A stretch of DNA of 64,000 nt from Rubripirellula sp. (GTDB lineage: Bacteria; Planctomycetota; Planctomycetia; Pirellulales; Pirellulaceae): assembly GCA_965216875.1 (NCBI GenBank), contig OZ244207.1:7200001-7264000 (forward strand), given 5' to 3'. Position 1 is the stretch's first letter. Every line of letters begins with the position of its first letter. Position numbers and translations under genes: made by a program. Below are positions 28,198-38,065 of this stretch, in pieces. The notes under the pieces are model-generated. The model saw only the letters and a list, made by a program, of their open reading frames with translations, did not search any database and was not told the DNA's origin.

Positions 28198-29145
28198 GTG
28201 TTTGAATCCATCCGTCTCTCAATAGTTGCCATCGTCCTTGGGCTTGCAATGATCAGTGCGCAAGCGGCGCCCGCAGTGGCTGGTGGACCACCGCCATGCG
28301 CCTGCGGTGAAGGTGCGTGCGATTGCACAATTGCTGTCGACTGTGAAACTCCCATTCAGTCCTATCGCAAGAGTTTCTATCAGGGATCGGAAGTCCTGGC
28401 GGGCCATTTGTTTGATACCGGCGACAAGCTGGGTGGGATGGACCAGACGTTCGAAGAGGTTCGAGCGAGCTTTGGTGTGCCTCTTGGAAGCATGGACAAC
28501 CTGCTTGGATTCCGCCCCTACTTTCGGGCGGACCACCTGCGGGGGCCCGTCGGGATCGACGCTCCCGGAACTCTTTATGACACCGGGGTGGCGATCTTCA
28601 ACCAGAAGACTTGGACCGACCGTTGGACCTCAACCATCGTGGTCACACCTTCGGTTCGCAGTGACATGACGACCAGTGAAAAGGCGTTCCGGCTCTTTGG
28701 TTTGGCGCTGGCCAATTGGAAGTGTCGCGATGATCTGACGCTTTCCTTCGGTGCGGTTTATTTTGACCGAGCCGACTTTCGCTTGCTTCCGGCGATCGGG
28801 CTTTCGTGGCAACCAACCCCTCAATGGAAGATCGATGCGACAATGCCGCGGCCACGGATTTCAAAACGACTTTGGAAAGACGGTGGCAACGCCGAGGGCT
28901 GGGCTTACATGGGGGGATCGATTGGCGGCAATACTTGGGCCGTCACTCGAGCCAATGGAGCGCGCGACGAATTGACCATCCGTGATTTGCGTCTGCTTTT
29001 CGGATACGAAGTCATCCGTCATGGGAACCGAGGTTGCTTTGTCGAGGGTGGCGCGGCTTTTGATCGCCGCATTGAATACGAGCGCCAGAATTTCGAACGC
29101 TCTCTCGATACCGGATTGTTCCTCAGTGCTGGGTTGAAGTTCTGA
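28198..29145 (+). CDS. Putative outer-membrane beta-barrel protein (DUF6268-like)
   Basis: Signal peptide, Cys-rich N-terminus, amphipathic strands (LLPAIGLSW..PRPRI), C-terminal AGLKF. Confidence 0.7.
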   Translation: MFESIRLSIVAIVLGLAMISAQAAPAVAGGPPPCACGEGACDCTIAVDCETPIQSYRKSFYQGSEVLAGHLFDTGDKLGGMDQTFEEVRASFGVPLGSMDNLLGFRPYFRADHLRGPVGIDAPGTLYDTGVAIFNQKTWTDRWTSTIVVTPSVRSDMTTSEKAFRLFGLALANWKCRDDLTLSFGAVYFDRADFRLLPAIGLSWQPTPQWKIDATMPRPRISKRLWKDGGNAEGWAYMGGSIGGNTWAVTRANGARDELTIRDLRLLFGYEVIRHGNRGCFVEGGAAFDRRIEYERQNFERSLDTGLFLSAGLKF

Positions 29146-29166
29146 TCGCGAGGCAAGTGCGACAGC

Positions 29167-29282
29167 CGTAGCTACCTTCGCTAGAAGGTGGTCTTCATCG
29201 CTGACGCGTTTTTTTGCATCACCACGCTCTGGCGAGCGTAGCTACGTTGAGTGCAAGGCCCGACGCAGCGCGTTCGACTCAC
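29167..29282. repeat. REP-like cluster (family B inverted pair plus family A)
   Basis: cgtagctaccttcgctagaaggtgg and accacgctctggcgagcgtagctacg, followed by ggcccgacgcagcgcgttcgactcac. Confidence 0.8.
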
Positions 29283-29428
29283 GGAAAACCACAGCCTCTC
29301 CGCGATTACACGTTACAATCTGACCGCAGTTGATCGGCCGCCAGCGCAGGCAAATCGCCAACGTTGATTCAAGACGCGCCGAAACGAACAATGCTGTCCA
29401 GTGCTAGAGGGAAAGGCGAATCATCTCT

Positions 29429-30358
29429 GTGAATGCGCAAAGTCGAAGACTTCGAGTCATCGTGAATGGCAAAGCCGCAGCGGATCCGCTGTTGAGACCG
29501 GCTGTGAAAGAAATCCGAGACCGTGGGCACGACGTCGAAGTTCGCGTGACCTGGGAAGGTGGCGATGCGGCTCGGTATGCCAGCGAAGCCGTCGATGAAA
29601 AGGTTGACGTGGTGGTTGCCGCCGGTGGCGATGGCACGATCAACGAGGTTGCTGACGGAATGGTTTCCGGAGATTCGTCGTGCGAGTCGGCGCTCGCGGT
29701 GATCCCCTACGGAACGGCCAACGACTTTGCGACCGGGTCGGGCATTCTCAAGGGCGATCCACTCAGCGCACTTGAACTCGCGGCAACCGGTGATGCGACA
29801 GCGATCGACCTTGGCGAAGTCAACGGCCGCGTTTTCGTGAACGTGACCAGTGGCGGCTTTGGTGCTGAAGTCACTGCAAACACCCCAGCCGAACTCAAGA
29901 AAGCGATTGGCGGCGCCGCCTATTCCATCATGGGGGTCGTCACGGCAGCAAAGATGACGCCCTACGAGTGTCGGTTTACGACCCCCGAAGGCGAGACGCA
30001 TGAAGGTAAAGTCTTGATGATGGCCGTCGGCAATGGGCGGCAATGTGGTGGCGGCTATCAGGTCACCAGCCAAGCCTTACTCAATGATGGTTTACTCGAT
30101 GTCATCGTCGTTCAAGACGCCGAAATCCCTCAGCTCGGCGTCGTGATGAGCGAACTCATGGATGTGAACAATCAAGCCAACCGCTTTGTTTACTATCGCC
30201 AACTTCGCGAATTCAAGCTGCATTGCACTCGCCCGTTGCAAGTCAACTTGGATGGCGAACCCTATCGCGACACTGAATTCCACTTCAAAGCGATCCCGAA
30301 GGCGCTGCCTTGTATTCTGGGGCCCGACGCGCCTGTCATTCTGAAGAACCAAGCCTAG
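29429..30358 (+). CDS. yegS: Lipid kinase YegS (diacylglycerol kinase family)
   Basis: IVNGKAA, VRVTWEGGD, AAGGDGTINEV, PYGTANDFA, GNGRQCGGG, NLDGEP. Confidence 0.9.
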   Translation: MNAQSRRLRVIVNGKAAADPLLRPAVKEIRDRGHDVEVRVTWEGGDAARYASEAVDEKVDVVVAAGGDGTINEVADGMVSGDSSCESALAVIPYGTANDFATGSGILKGDPLSALELAATGDATAIDLGEVNGRVFVNVTSGGFGAEVTANTPAELKKAIGGAAYSIMGVVTAAKMTPYECRFTTPEGETHEGKVLMMAVGNGRQCGGGYQVTSQALLNDGLLDVIVVQDAEIPQLGVVMSELMDVNNQANRFVYYRQLREFKLHCTRPLQVNLDGEPYRDTEFHFKAIPKALPCILGPDAPVILKNQA

Positions 30359-30415
30359 GTTTTCTCTGCCACGCTTCGCGTTTCCTGCAAACACACGCCG
30401 GAGCAGGACCGCGAT

Positions 30416-31111
30416 TCAGTCGTCACTGCGCCGGTAGCGATCGCCAGGACGCGGCAACGCGCTCACCAACCAAGCGATGAGTACTGCGACATAGAACTGG
30501 CCCGTCACCGATTGAACCCAGGCAAGCGTACGGGTCAGTTGGTCTTGCGGGGTGATGTCGCCGTATCCCAATGTCGACATCGTCACAAAACTGAAGTAGA
30601 CAAAGTGTGAGAAATTTGGGGGCTCGTCGTTTTGCGCTGCGACGAAGTGATCGGGAAACGAATCGGGATAAAGGGTGTCGATCGCCCAATAGCTTAGCGC
30701 CCAAGCCAGTCCGAACAAAAGGTAGGCTGACATCGCAGCAAAGATGGTGTCGAGTGTGACTTCGAACGTGCGAATCACCAAGTAGACGATCACGATTCCG
30801 ACCAGCCAAAAAAAGCCGCTTCCGATCAAGCAGTGAATCGCGAAGAGCTGTGACGAGTCGACAAAGATGTTCGCCCAGCACGTTGGAAGCGCAACCACTA
30901 AGAGTGACAGTGAAAGCACTCGTGTCGTGCGATGCGTCACCGCAGCAGCAGCAGCCACCAATGCCAATGTTTGTCCGATCAACGAAAGTGTCCGACCGTC
31001 GTACCAACCTTCAAACGAGGGCAGCACCAGCAAACTGATAAGCAACGACGCAAACAACCAGCGGCTGACGGCGTGAAGCCGCTGCGAGGCTGCGAGTTCA
31101 TCTACTTGCAT
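30416..31111 (-). CDS. Potassium channel family protein (Ion_trans_2)
   Basis: YFSFVTMSTLGYGDITP selectivity filter; multiple TMs. Confidence 0.88.
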   Translation of the reverse strand: MQVDELAASQRLHAVSRWLFASLLISLLVLPSFEGWYDGRTLSLIGQTLALVAAAAAVTHRTTRVLSLSLLVVALPTCWANIFVDSSQLFAIHCLIGSGFFWLVGIVIVYLVIRTFEVTLDTIFAAMSAYLLFGLAWALSYWAIDTLYPDSFPDHFVAAQNDEPPNFSHFVYFSFVTMSTLGYGDITPQDQLTRTLAWVQSVTGQFYVAVLIAWLVSALPRPGDRYRRSDD

Positions 31112-31144
31112 TTCGGTATCCTAACCAGCCCAACCACGACCAAA

Positions 31145-33859
31145 TCAAACCGGTTGCGTTTCAACGATTTGCGTTTCAACCTTTGCACCGTCGTAGGCGA
31201 TCATCAGCACCTTGGTTCCCGCTTCGACGTCAACCAGGCCGGCAACGGGAACGCTTCCATCTGACAGGCTTCGTGTTCCTCGAATCGGGCGACCGTTCAG
31301 ATGAGTGAAACGCACATCGGCGTGAGCAAGCGTCGAGAGCTTTGGAAGTCTTGCCGTCGCATCGCGACCGGTTTGGGCGGCCGTTGTTTCAAGGGCACCC
31401 CCGCCCCGCGGTCGCTCGCTGGGGGCGTCGACCATGTTCCGCACACGCAAGCCAATTCGCGGATTTGATTTTGCCGGATCAAACTCCATTTCCAAGAAGT
31501 TCCAATAATACGGGTCGCCCTTGGCATGACCATTCAAGCGGGCGTCCGAGTACAGCTTGTGATAAAGCGAATGGATTTCCACGTCGCGTCCGTCAACGTC
31601 CTTCATCTCGGGACCAAAACCAGGAATCACACCGCGACCACCGCTTCGACCGATGGGGCCGAAACTGCATTCGATCACACGATGTTCACGGTTTTTCATG
31701 ATGCAGCCGTTGTGGACGTCGCCGTAGACGGTGACCACACCATCGCGAGAGCCTAGTAGCTCAAGCACGCGGTCGGCACCTGCTTTGACCCAGCCGGCAT
31801 AGTCCGCCGTGACGCGGTCACGCTGTGAGAACTTTTGCGGGTGTTCGCCACTTTCATGTTTGCCTCTTCCACCGGTCCAGATCGTGTGCATCCCGTTGAT
31901 TCCGGTCAGGCAAATGAGACGTGACGAATCGGTCGCCAACAACTCAGATAACCAAGCGAACTGTTCTTCACCGAGCAAGCTTCGGGTCGGATCGGTTCGA
32001 TCGTAAAGACTCTTAAAAGCGTCCCACCCCGATTGAGTCCAAATGTCGGTATCTTGGCTGCTGCGCCAAAGGCGTGAATCGAGAATCACAAAGGTAAAAT
32101 CCCGGTTGGGCATCTTCCAGGATCGCCACTTCTTAGGATTTTCAAGTGGGTCGACCTCTTCGGCACCCGTGATCAAGTGATGAACGATCTGAAAGTTGCG
32201 GCGCATGTAGCTGGGATCCTGCCCCAGTCCATCGACCTTGCGAATGATGATCTGTTCCGGACCTTTGACATCGTCCATGCCATAGTCGTGGTCACCTGGA
32301 TTGATGACGTTCCAGTGACGCATCATTTGCCAACGGCTTGTGGGGCCACAAATCGATGTTGTCACGACTTTGTACGCGTCGTCCGTGCTTGGTGGATAAA
32401 GCACCAATTCCATGTACCAAACGTCGTCTTCCCACACCATGACTTGAAAGTCGTAGTCTTCGAGATGTCGGTAGGCATCGACGGTCGGTTGATCGCGAAA
32501 CTGCCAATCGTCACCACCGCCGATCATTTTGTAACCATCGGCAGATTTCGTCTGCAATCCGCTGGTGATCGCGTGGCAGGACAGCCCACAAAGCTTGTAC
32601 GGCGCTTTGAGTTGTGGCAGGCGACCGACGTAGGTTCCACGATCCGGGACATCGCCAACCATTCCGGTTCCGGGGCCAGTCGCACTTGTTCCGATCCGCG
32701 TGTCGGCGGTGACATCGACGCCATCTTTCCAGACGGTGTAATACAACGTTGTCTCGGCGGGATTCCTTGGTAGGATCGCATCGATGACGGCGGTGTTTCG
32801 TCGAAAGTCGTTGCTAAGGATCGCCGCACTGCCAGCAACCGGAACCGATTTCCAGCCGCCAGAAGGATTGGGAGAATCGGCGATCCGAATCTCAGCACGT
32901 TCACCGTCGTTGGCAAACAACCCGACAAATCGGACCTGCCATTTTCCGCTCTTGGTTTGAGTCAACGTGTCGCCAAGCGGGTAGCAGGCGTAACACGCAA
33001 CGTTGTCCGCTTCGGACGCGTCGGCGTCGGGGGCATCCACCGTAACGTTGTTGACCTCGAAATCGACGAGGCCTCGTCCGACGATTCCAAAGTAGCCTTG
33101 GGTTTGATGCGTCGGCATTTGACGACGTGTGGTCACCGCGTCGTCACCCTTTCGCATGGTCGCCACAACCGCCGAAGTTGCACCATTGGGGACGACTTCG
33201 ACTTCGATCGAGAATCGGTCACCCGGTTTCAGCGATGGCGCGTCCGTTGATTGAGCGTTTCCCTTTTGTCGATTCTTGCCACTGGTCAAACGCAGCGTTT
33301 GATCGTCGGCCCATGCCGCGAAGGATGTATGGCGGATTTTGTCGTAACTTTCAAAAACCGACTTTGCACCAAACGCAATTCCCATCAAAGCGAAGCCGTC
33401 TTGGTGCATCGACCAACCGGCGTTGTCACCCTCGGGAATGTCGGGTCGGTCACCGCGGTAGGTGAATTCGGCAGAGATTCGATACGCGCCCGCAAGCTTA
33501 AGATCGCGCCGATAGATCACGCCGGTTGGAAGCGACGGGTCGTAGTCCGTTTCCATCACACTCCCTTTCGACATCGAATGAAAGGGAAAGCCGGTGCGGC
33601 GGGCGCGATCACCGATGTTTTTCAGACGTCGACGGAGAGCACCTGACTCAATTTTCCAAAAGCCCGGGTTGAGGGATTCCCACTGCGAGGGAATCACAAG
33701 TGAATCAGGCAGGTCAAACCCGAGTTGGGTGGGGCCGGGCGAAGCTGCTGAAGCGGAACCAGCGACCACGGTGGTCGCTGCGGCCATCGCTGCGGATTGT
33801 TTGAGGAACTGGCGGCGCTGAAGTTCGGACGCAGTGGTGGACTTGGAATCGGGTTTCAT
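31145..33859 (-). CDS. Tat-exported PhoD-like metallophosphoesterase
   Basis: LQRRQFLK Tat signal; LSC, WEDDVWY, GDHDY, LDSRLWR, SLLGEEQFAWL, GDVH. Confidence 0.75.
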   Translation of the reverse strand: MKPDSKSTTASELQRRQFLKQSAAMAAATTVVAGSASAASPGPTQLGFDLPDSLVIPSQWESLNPGFWKIESGALRRRLKNIGDRARRTGFPFHSMSKGSVMETDYDPSLPTGVIYRRDLKLAGAYRISAEFTYRGDRPDIPEGDNAGWSMHQDGFALMGIAFGAKSVFESYDKIRHTSFAAWADDQTLRLTSGKNRQKGNAQSTDAPSLKPGDRFSIEVEVVPNGATSAVVATMRKGDDAVTTRRQMPTHQTQGYFGIVGRGLVDFEVNNVTVDAPDADASEADNVACYACYPLGDTLTQTKSGKWQVRFVGLFANDGERAEIRIADSPNPSGGWKSVPVAGSAAILSNDFRRNTAVIDAILPRNPAETTLYYTVWKDGVDVTADTRIGTSATGPGTGMVGDVPDRGTYVGRLPQLKAPYKLCGLSCHAITSGLQTKSADGYKMIGGGDDWQFRDQPTVDAYRHLEDYDFQVMVWEDDVWYMELVLYPPSTDDAYKVVTTSICGPTSRWQMMRHWNVINPGDHDYGMDDVKGPEQIIIRKVDGLGQDPSYMRRNFQIVHHLITGAEEVDPLENPKKWRSWKMPNRDFTFVILDSRLWRSSQDTDIWTQSGWDAFKSLYDRTDPTRSLLGEEQFAWLSELLATDSSRLICLTGINGMHTIWTGGRGKHESGEHPQKFSQRDRVTADYAGWVKAGADRVLELLGSRDGVVTVYGDVHNGCIMKNREHRVIECSFGPIGRSGGRGVIPGFGPEMKDVDGRDVEIHSLYHKLYSDARLNGHAKGDPYYWNFLEMEFDPAKSNPRIGLRVRNMVDAPSERPRGGGALETTAAQTGRDATARLPKLSTLAHADVRFTHLNGRPIRGTRSLSDGSVPVAGLVDVEAGTKVLMIAYDGAKVETQIVETQPV

Positions 33860-33929
33860 TCGGTAGGGCTCAGGTTGGCGAAATCGCGGGAGCCAACATT
33901 CTATCTACCGAATTGTCGATCGTCTCAGG

Positions 33930-35660
33930 TCACTGCGAAAAGACTTCCAAGGCGGCATCGAGCTCTTCGGTGGTCACAAGCTTTTCGGGAAGCTCGACGG
34001 GAGTCACACTGCGTTTGGCGACTTGACGCGGTGCGTTCTTTGGAGCACGCAGCGAAGCCAAAAACTCGATCACCTTGGCACGCTCTTCCGAAGCCAGCTT
34101 TCGATATTTCGAAGCAGCCTCTTTCGCTTCACCTCCGTGCCAACGGATCGCGTTATCCAGTGTTTTTGCACGACCATCGTGGAGATAGGGGGCCGAATCA
34201 GCGACGCCCCAAAGTGGCGTCGTCTTCCAGTAACGTTGCAGGTCGTCCCAAGTGAGTTGGCCATTTTGAAGTGGCAATGGATGCTCGCCACCTGAATTCT
34301 CGCCACGAGGAAACGTGGGTTCTAACGGACGCTCGTAGGGAATCGGAATCGGCTGCGACAAGCGTCCTGCACCACCTGTGTAGGCAGACGAGAGCTGCAA
34401 GCCACTGGGGAGATTCAAACCCATCGCGGGCACGGTTCGGGAATGTGTGTTCGCAAAGTGGCGAAGTGGACGCCGGGGAATCCTTGCTGAAGGGTTGGGA
34501 GACGCGGGCGTGGGAGCTTGAAGCCGACTCCCCATGTCGTGCAATAGAAAATCGCTGTAGACGCCTGTTGCCGGAATGATGTCCTCGACATGGCAATCGG
34601 CGCACCCGATTTTGAAGAACAGTCGTTTGCCTTGTTTGGCAGCTTCGGCGTGCTCGGGCAGCGCCCCTTCAACCGGCCTTGGCAAGGATCGGATGTAGGC
34701 AATCAACTGTCGAACCTCCGGTTCATTCAGGTCCATCCCTGGACTTTGATAGGTGTCGTCGGCGGCGTCAGGTGGCTGTGGTGTCAGGGGCACCTGCAGT
34801 CCGAGCTCGCCTGCACACGCTCCACGCACGAACGTCTCGAGGTTGGGGGTTTGTGCTCGCCAACCGAATACGCCGGCGCCTAGCAATCCGCGAATGCGGC
34901 CGTTGGTTCGCCGGGCTTGTCGGTTTGCAATGGCCATCCTCTGTTGCCGGTCGATCGAATCGATCAGGCCGAGACCGTAGAGCGCAGGTGAGTTTCGTTG
35001 GCTCATGTAGTAGTCGATTGGCCCCATGCGGCCAGCGACCACAGGTTGGTCGGCGATCGCGTCGATGGTTCGCTTCTTTGACACGAACCAGTGGTCGGGT
35101 AGGTCTTCGACATAGTTACCGACCGCTGCTCGAATCGGGTCGTAAAAGGGACGCGACGACGCCTCGTGCAGCACCACTTCGGTCACCGCATTGCCTTGGG
35201 GCGCCAATAGCGTTGGATAAAGATCGACCAAGGCCTTTTTGCCCGCATCATCTTCGACCTGTTCACGATCAAAGAGGGGTGAACGAGGGTCGAGCGCCAA
35301 GAGCGTGACATTGTGTTCGACACCCGCGCCGCCCCCATCCACGTGGCACGCTTGGCATGAGCGGGCATTGAACATGGGTCCAAGACCGTCCCCTTCGATC
35401 CGTTGCCGAGCACTGCCGCGGCGGCCACGAGGATTGGGCACGTTCTGTGGTTCAGTAGCTGGCTTGTTATAGGACCACTCTTTTTCGAACAGCACTTTGC
35501 CGTTGATTGTCGGGTCAGCAGCCGATGCCGTTTGCGGCGATGCGGAAATCAAGGCGGCCATGAACGACAGAGCGGCCATGATCAATGACGTGACAGTGAT
35601 TGGGGCCGTGCAAGACGATTTCGAATGACGCACAGGCCAAAGTATCCCAGGTCGATTCAT
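33930..35660 (-). CDS. Di-heme oxidoreductase (DHOR, putative peroxidase) family protein
   Basis: DGLGPMFNARSCQACH, PALYGLGLI, FGWRA, GCADCH, YSDFLLHDMG, WKTTPLWG, PYLHDGRA. ATG 35660 preceded by GGAGG. Confidence 0.88.
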   Translation of the reverse strand: MNRPGILWPVRHSKSSCTAPITVTSLIMAALSFMAALISASPQTASAADPTINGKVLFEKEWSYNKPATEPQNVPNPRGRRGSARQRIEGDGLGPMFNARSCQACHVDGGGAGVEHNVTLLALDPRSPLFDREQVEDDAGKKALVDLYPTLLAPQGNAVTEVVLHEASSRPFYDPIRAAVGNYVEDLPDHWFVSKKRTIDAIADQPVVAGRMGPIDYYMSQRNSPALYGLGLIDSIDRQQRMAIANRQARRTNGRIRGLLGAGVFGWRAQTPNLETFVRGACAGELGLQVPLTPQPPDAADDTYQSPGMDLNEPEVRQLIAYIRSLPRPVEGALPEHAEAAKQGKRLFFKIGCADCHVEDIIPATGVYSDFLLHDMGSRLQAPTPASPNPSARIPRRPLRHFANTHSRTVPAMGLNLPSGLQLSSAYTGGAGRLSQPIPIPYERPLEPTFPRGENSGGEHPLPLQNGQLTWDDLQRYWKTTPLWGVADSAPYLHDGRAKTLDNAIRWHGGEAKEAASKYRKLASEERAKVIEFLASLRAPKNAPRQVAKRSVTPVELPEKLVTTEELDAALEVFSQ

Positions 35661-36071
35661 CGCAGTCGCCTCCGATTCAGAATGGAATCGATCAAGCAAG
35701 AAAAGCAACTTTTGTTATGACCGATTTTTCACGCGCACGCAAACGTCGCTCGCGACGTGATGGACGGACCGAAACGAGTGCCTTGGTTGGTCAACCCTTC
35801 GATGGGTGAAGGCTCACATTGGACCGAATGTGTCCATCGAATGCAGTCTCATTCGGTCGTCGCATGATCAACGGTGTACGCATGCACGCGGTGACATTCG
35901 CACAGTGAAAAACGCGTTTTTCGCAATCATCAATGGAAAACGCTTGAATGTCCGTTGGTCTTGCATTAACACAAATCTTGGGACGGCGATGGCCATGCTT
36001 TGTCAGTCGTTCCATGGACGAGCCGCATCATGATCTGCGGCTTGGGGGACTCCAAAAAACGGGGGCGTATC

Positions 36072-36758
36072 ATGCTTCGCCAATCGGGCACGTCGGACGG
36101 GCAAACGGTTTTTCTTGACAAGTTCATGCCGGCGCTGGAGGTGCTTCAAGAGGCGGTCAACTACGCGGTTGACACCTCGAACGAGCGATGGGTTTTCGCG
36201 GTTGCGATTTCGGAATTGCGCGAGATGGGGCTGAGCGATAACGACGTTCGCTGGCTTGTCTGCAAGGGAGTTGTGCAGCAGGGGAAGGACCTCTCTTGTG
36301 CTGGCGGACGTTGCGTCGAATCTCAGGCGACGCCCAGCCTTCGCTTCAATGAGCAGAGTTGCTTTGTCCTAACAGACGCGGGGCTCGACTTTGTGAGTCG
36401 AATGGAACACGAGAATCTGCCGGGGGCGCTTCCTGATGAACGCCCGGTTGCACCGGTCACTACCCGGCCTCGCTGGTTAGCCGAAACACGTGAGCTCTAT
36501 TTGGACCAACGTGTGATCAAGCGGTTTCGCTGGCAAGCGGCAAATCAAGAAACGGTCTTGGCGGCGTTCGAAGAAGAGGGATGGCCGCCGGTCGTGCTCG
36601 ATCCACTGCCGCCGAAGACCGAAATCGATTGCAAACGTCGTTTGCATGACACCATCAAAGCCCTCAATCGAAACCAGGAACATGACCTGATTCGGTTCCA
36701 CGGTAACGGCTCAGGGGAAGGTGTTCGCTGGAAACTGGTTTGCGATCCGTTGCCATAA
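36072..36758 (+). CDS. Hypothetical protein with winged-HTH-like C-terminal domain (putative regulator)
   Basis: PRW...RELYL..VIKRF..NQE.VLAAFEEEGWP..DPLP..KRRLHDTIKALNR..IRF.GNG.GEGVRW resembles an OmpR-like wing arrangement. The regulatory role is inference. Confidence 0.6.
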   Translation: MLRQSGTSDGQTVFLDKFMPALEVLQEAVNYAVDTSNERWVFAVAISELREMGLSDNDVRWLVCKGVVQQGKDLSCAGGRCVESQATPSLRFNEQSCFVLTDAGLDFVSRMEHENLPGALPDERPVAPVTTRPRWLAETRELYLDQRVIKRFRWQAANQETVLAAFEEEGWPPVVLDPLPPKTEIDCKRRLHDTIKALNRNQEHDLIRFHGNGSGEGVRWKLVCDPLP

Positions 36759-36893
36759 TTCGAGGGAGGTTCACCAAGCCTTCCCTTGGCTGTCCCTACC
36801 ACGACTGCCTTCAGGCAACCAAACTTGGTTCGCTCCTTGGTGCGCCCATTGGTGTTCAAGTGCCGAAGCAATCGGTTCGTACGTGGTTGAGGG

Positions 36894-37784
36894 ATGTCTT
36901 TGGCAATGACCTCCGGCAAGACTCAGTTCGTTGGGCGGGGTTGGCAACGCGATTTGCCTGACCCTCGCGATCTTTCCTACGAAGATGCAGCGGTTCAGAT
37001 CTCTCTTTCAGGCATTGACCGAAAACTCGATCATTTGCCGTTGAAGGTCGATCTTAGTCGTGACGCCGATGGTTTCGAATTGTCAACGCCCAGCGATCAG
37101 GGACAGCTTCATGTGTCGTCGGCGATGACGTGCGCGGCGCTTCTCGAGTATTTCCAGAGGCGGTGTTTGCTACAAGATTTTGTCGGTTCCGCAGCTTTTG
37201 TTTATCGCATGACAAAACGAATGCAGGGGCTTGAGGGAAACGTGCCAACGGGCCTGCGTGATTCTCTCAAAGTGATTGCTCGCTTTGGCTTGCCGCCAAC
37301 CTACCTGCTGCCGGATCGTTCGCTCGGCGACACCGAACTCCTTTCGGACCTCTGCTTGCTTGGCTTTCAAGACGCAGTGCGAAACATGATCTACTTTCGC
37401 ATTGCGGCCGAGACCGACCCTTGGGACGACGTTCTACATCGTATCAAGCGGTTTCTGGCCGCCGGATTTCCTGTCACGCTGGGGTTCTCGATGCCGCGCG
37501 GGACGGCCGATACAGGCTTTGTTCCCTACCGTCCCAAATATGACAGCTATTCGGGCGGGCAATCGGTGTTGGTGGTTGGTTACGACGACACGCTACGTCA
37601 CCGCCAACTTGGGTCGCTTCGAATCCGTGGTTGCTGGGGACCGCAGTGGGGGCAAAACGGCTACGGCTGGCTTCCGTACTGGTATGTCTCCCGAGGTCTG
37701 GCACATGACTTTTGGACGGCGATTGGCCCAGCCTGGTCGAACTCTCCCTTTCTATTTGATCCGAGACTCCACGTGACGAGCTGA
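36894..37784 (+). CDS. C1A (papain-like) peptidase homolog, catalytic triad not conserved
   Basis: GW.RDLPDPRD, LPLKVDL, DQG, LVVGYDD, WG.QWGQNGYGWLPY.YV..GLA.DFW. Catalytic positions read S/Q/G. Confidence 0.82.
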   Translation: MSLAMTSGKTQFVGRGWQRDLPDPRDLSYEDAAVQISLSGIDRKLDHLPLKVDLSRDADGFELSTPSDQGQLHVSSAMTCAALLEYFQRRCLLQDFVGSAAFVYRMTKRMQGLEGNVPTGLRDSLKVIARFGLPPTYLLPDRSLGDTELLSDLCLLGFQDAVRNMIYFRIAAETDPWDDVLHRIKRFLAAGFPVTLGFSMPRGTADTGFVPYRPKYDSYSGGQSVLVVGYDDTLRHRQLGSLRIRGCWGPQWGQNGYGWLPYWYVSRGLAHDFWTAIGPAWSNSPFLFDPRLHVTS

Positions 37785-38065
37785 GATCGGTGTTCCACCC
37801 GGTTCCCCTAGGCCTTCCGTTGCGAGCCAAGTGCATCGGCAAGCATAAAAGAAGGTGGACCGGCAGCCTTGGACGTGAACCACCCAGCCGTGTTGGCTAG
37901 CGAGGTCGCAAACCTGCGTGCCCAAGTGCTGCAACGCGGCGGTTGGCACCGGCGGCGTGTCGTTGATTCGAGCCCAGCGTCACGCCGCCCAATGCCGCAC
38001 GCTTCCAGTCCATCACCATCACCATGCCGCGCCCCGCGGCGAATGTTCGAGCCATACGTGTGACG

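Noticed and set aside
37895..37925. gtcgcaaacc resembling part of a c-di-GMP-I riboswitch
   Set aside because: The GNRA-loop P2/P3 stems and second conserved segment could not be found.
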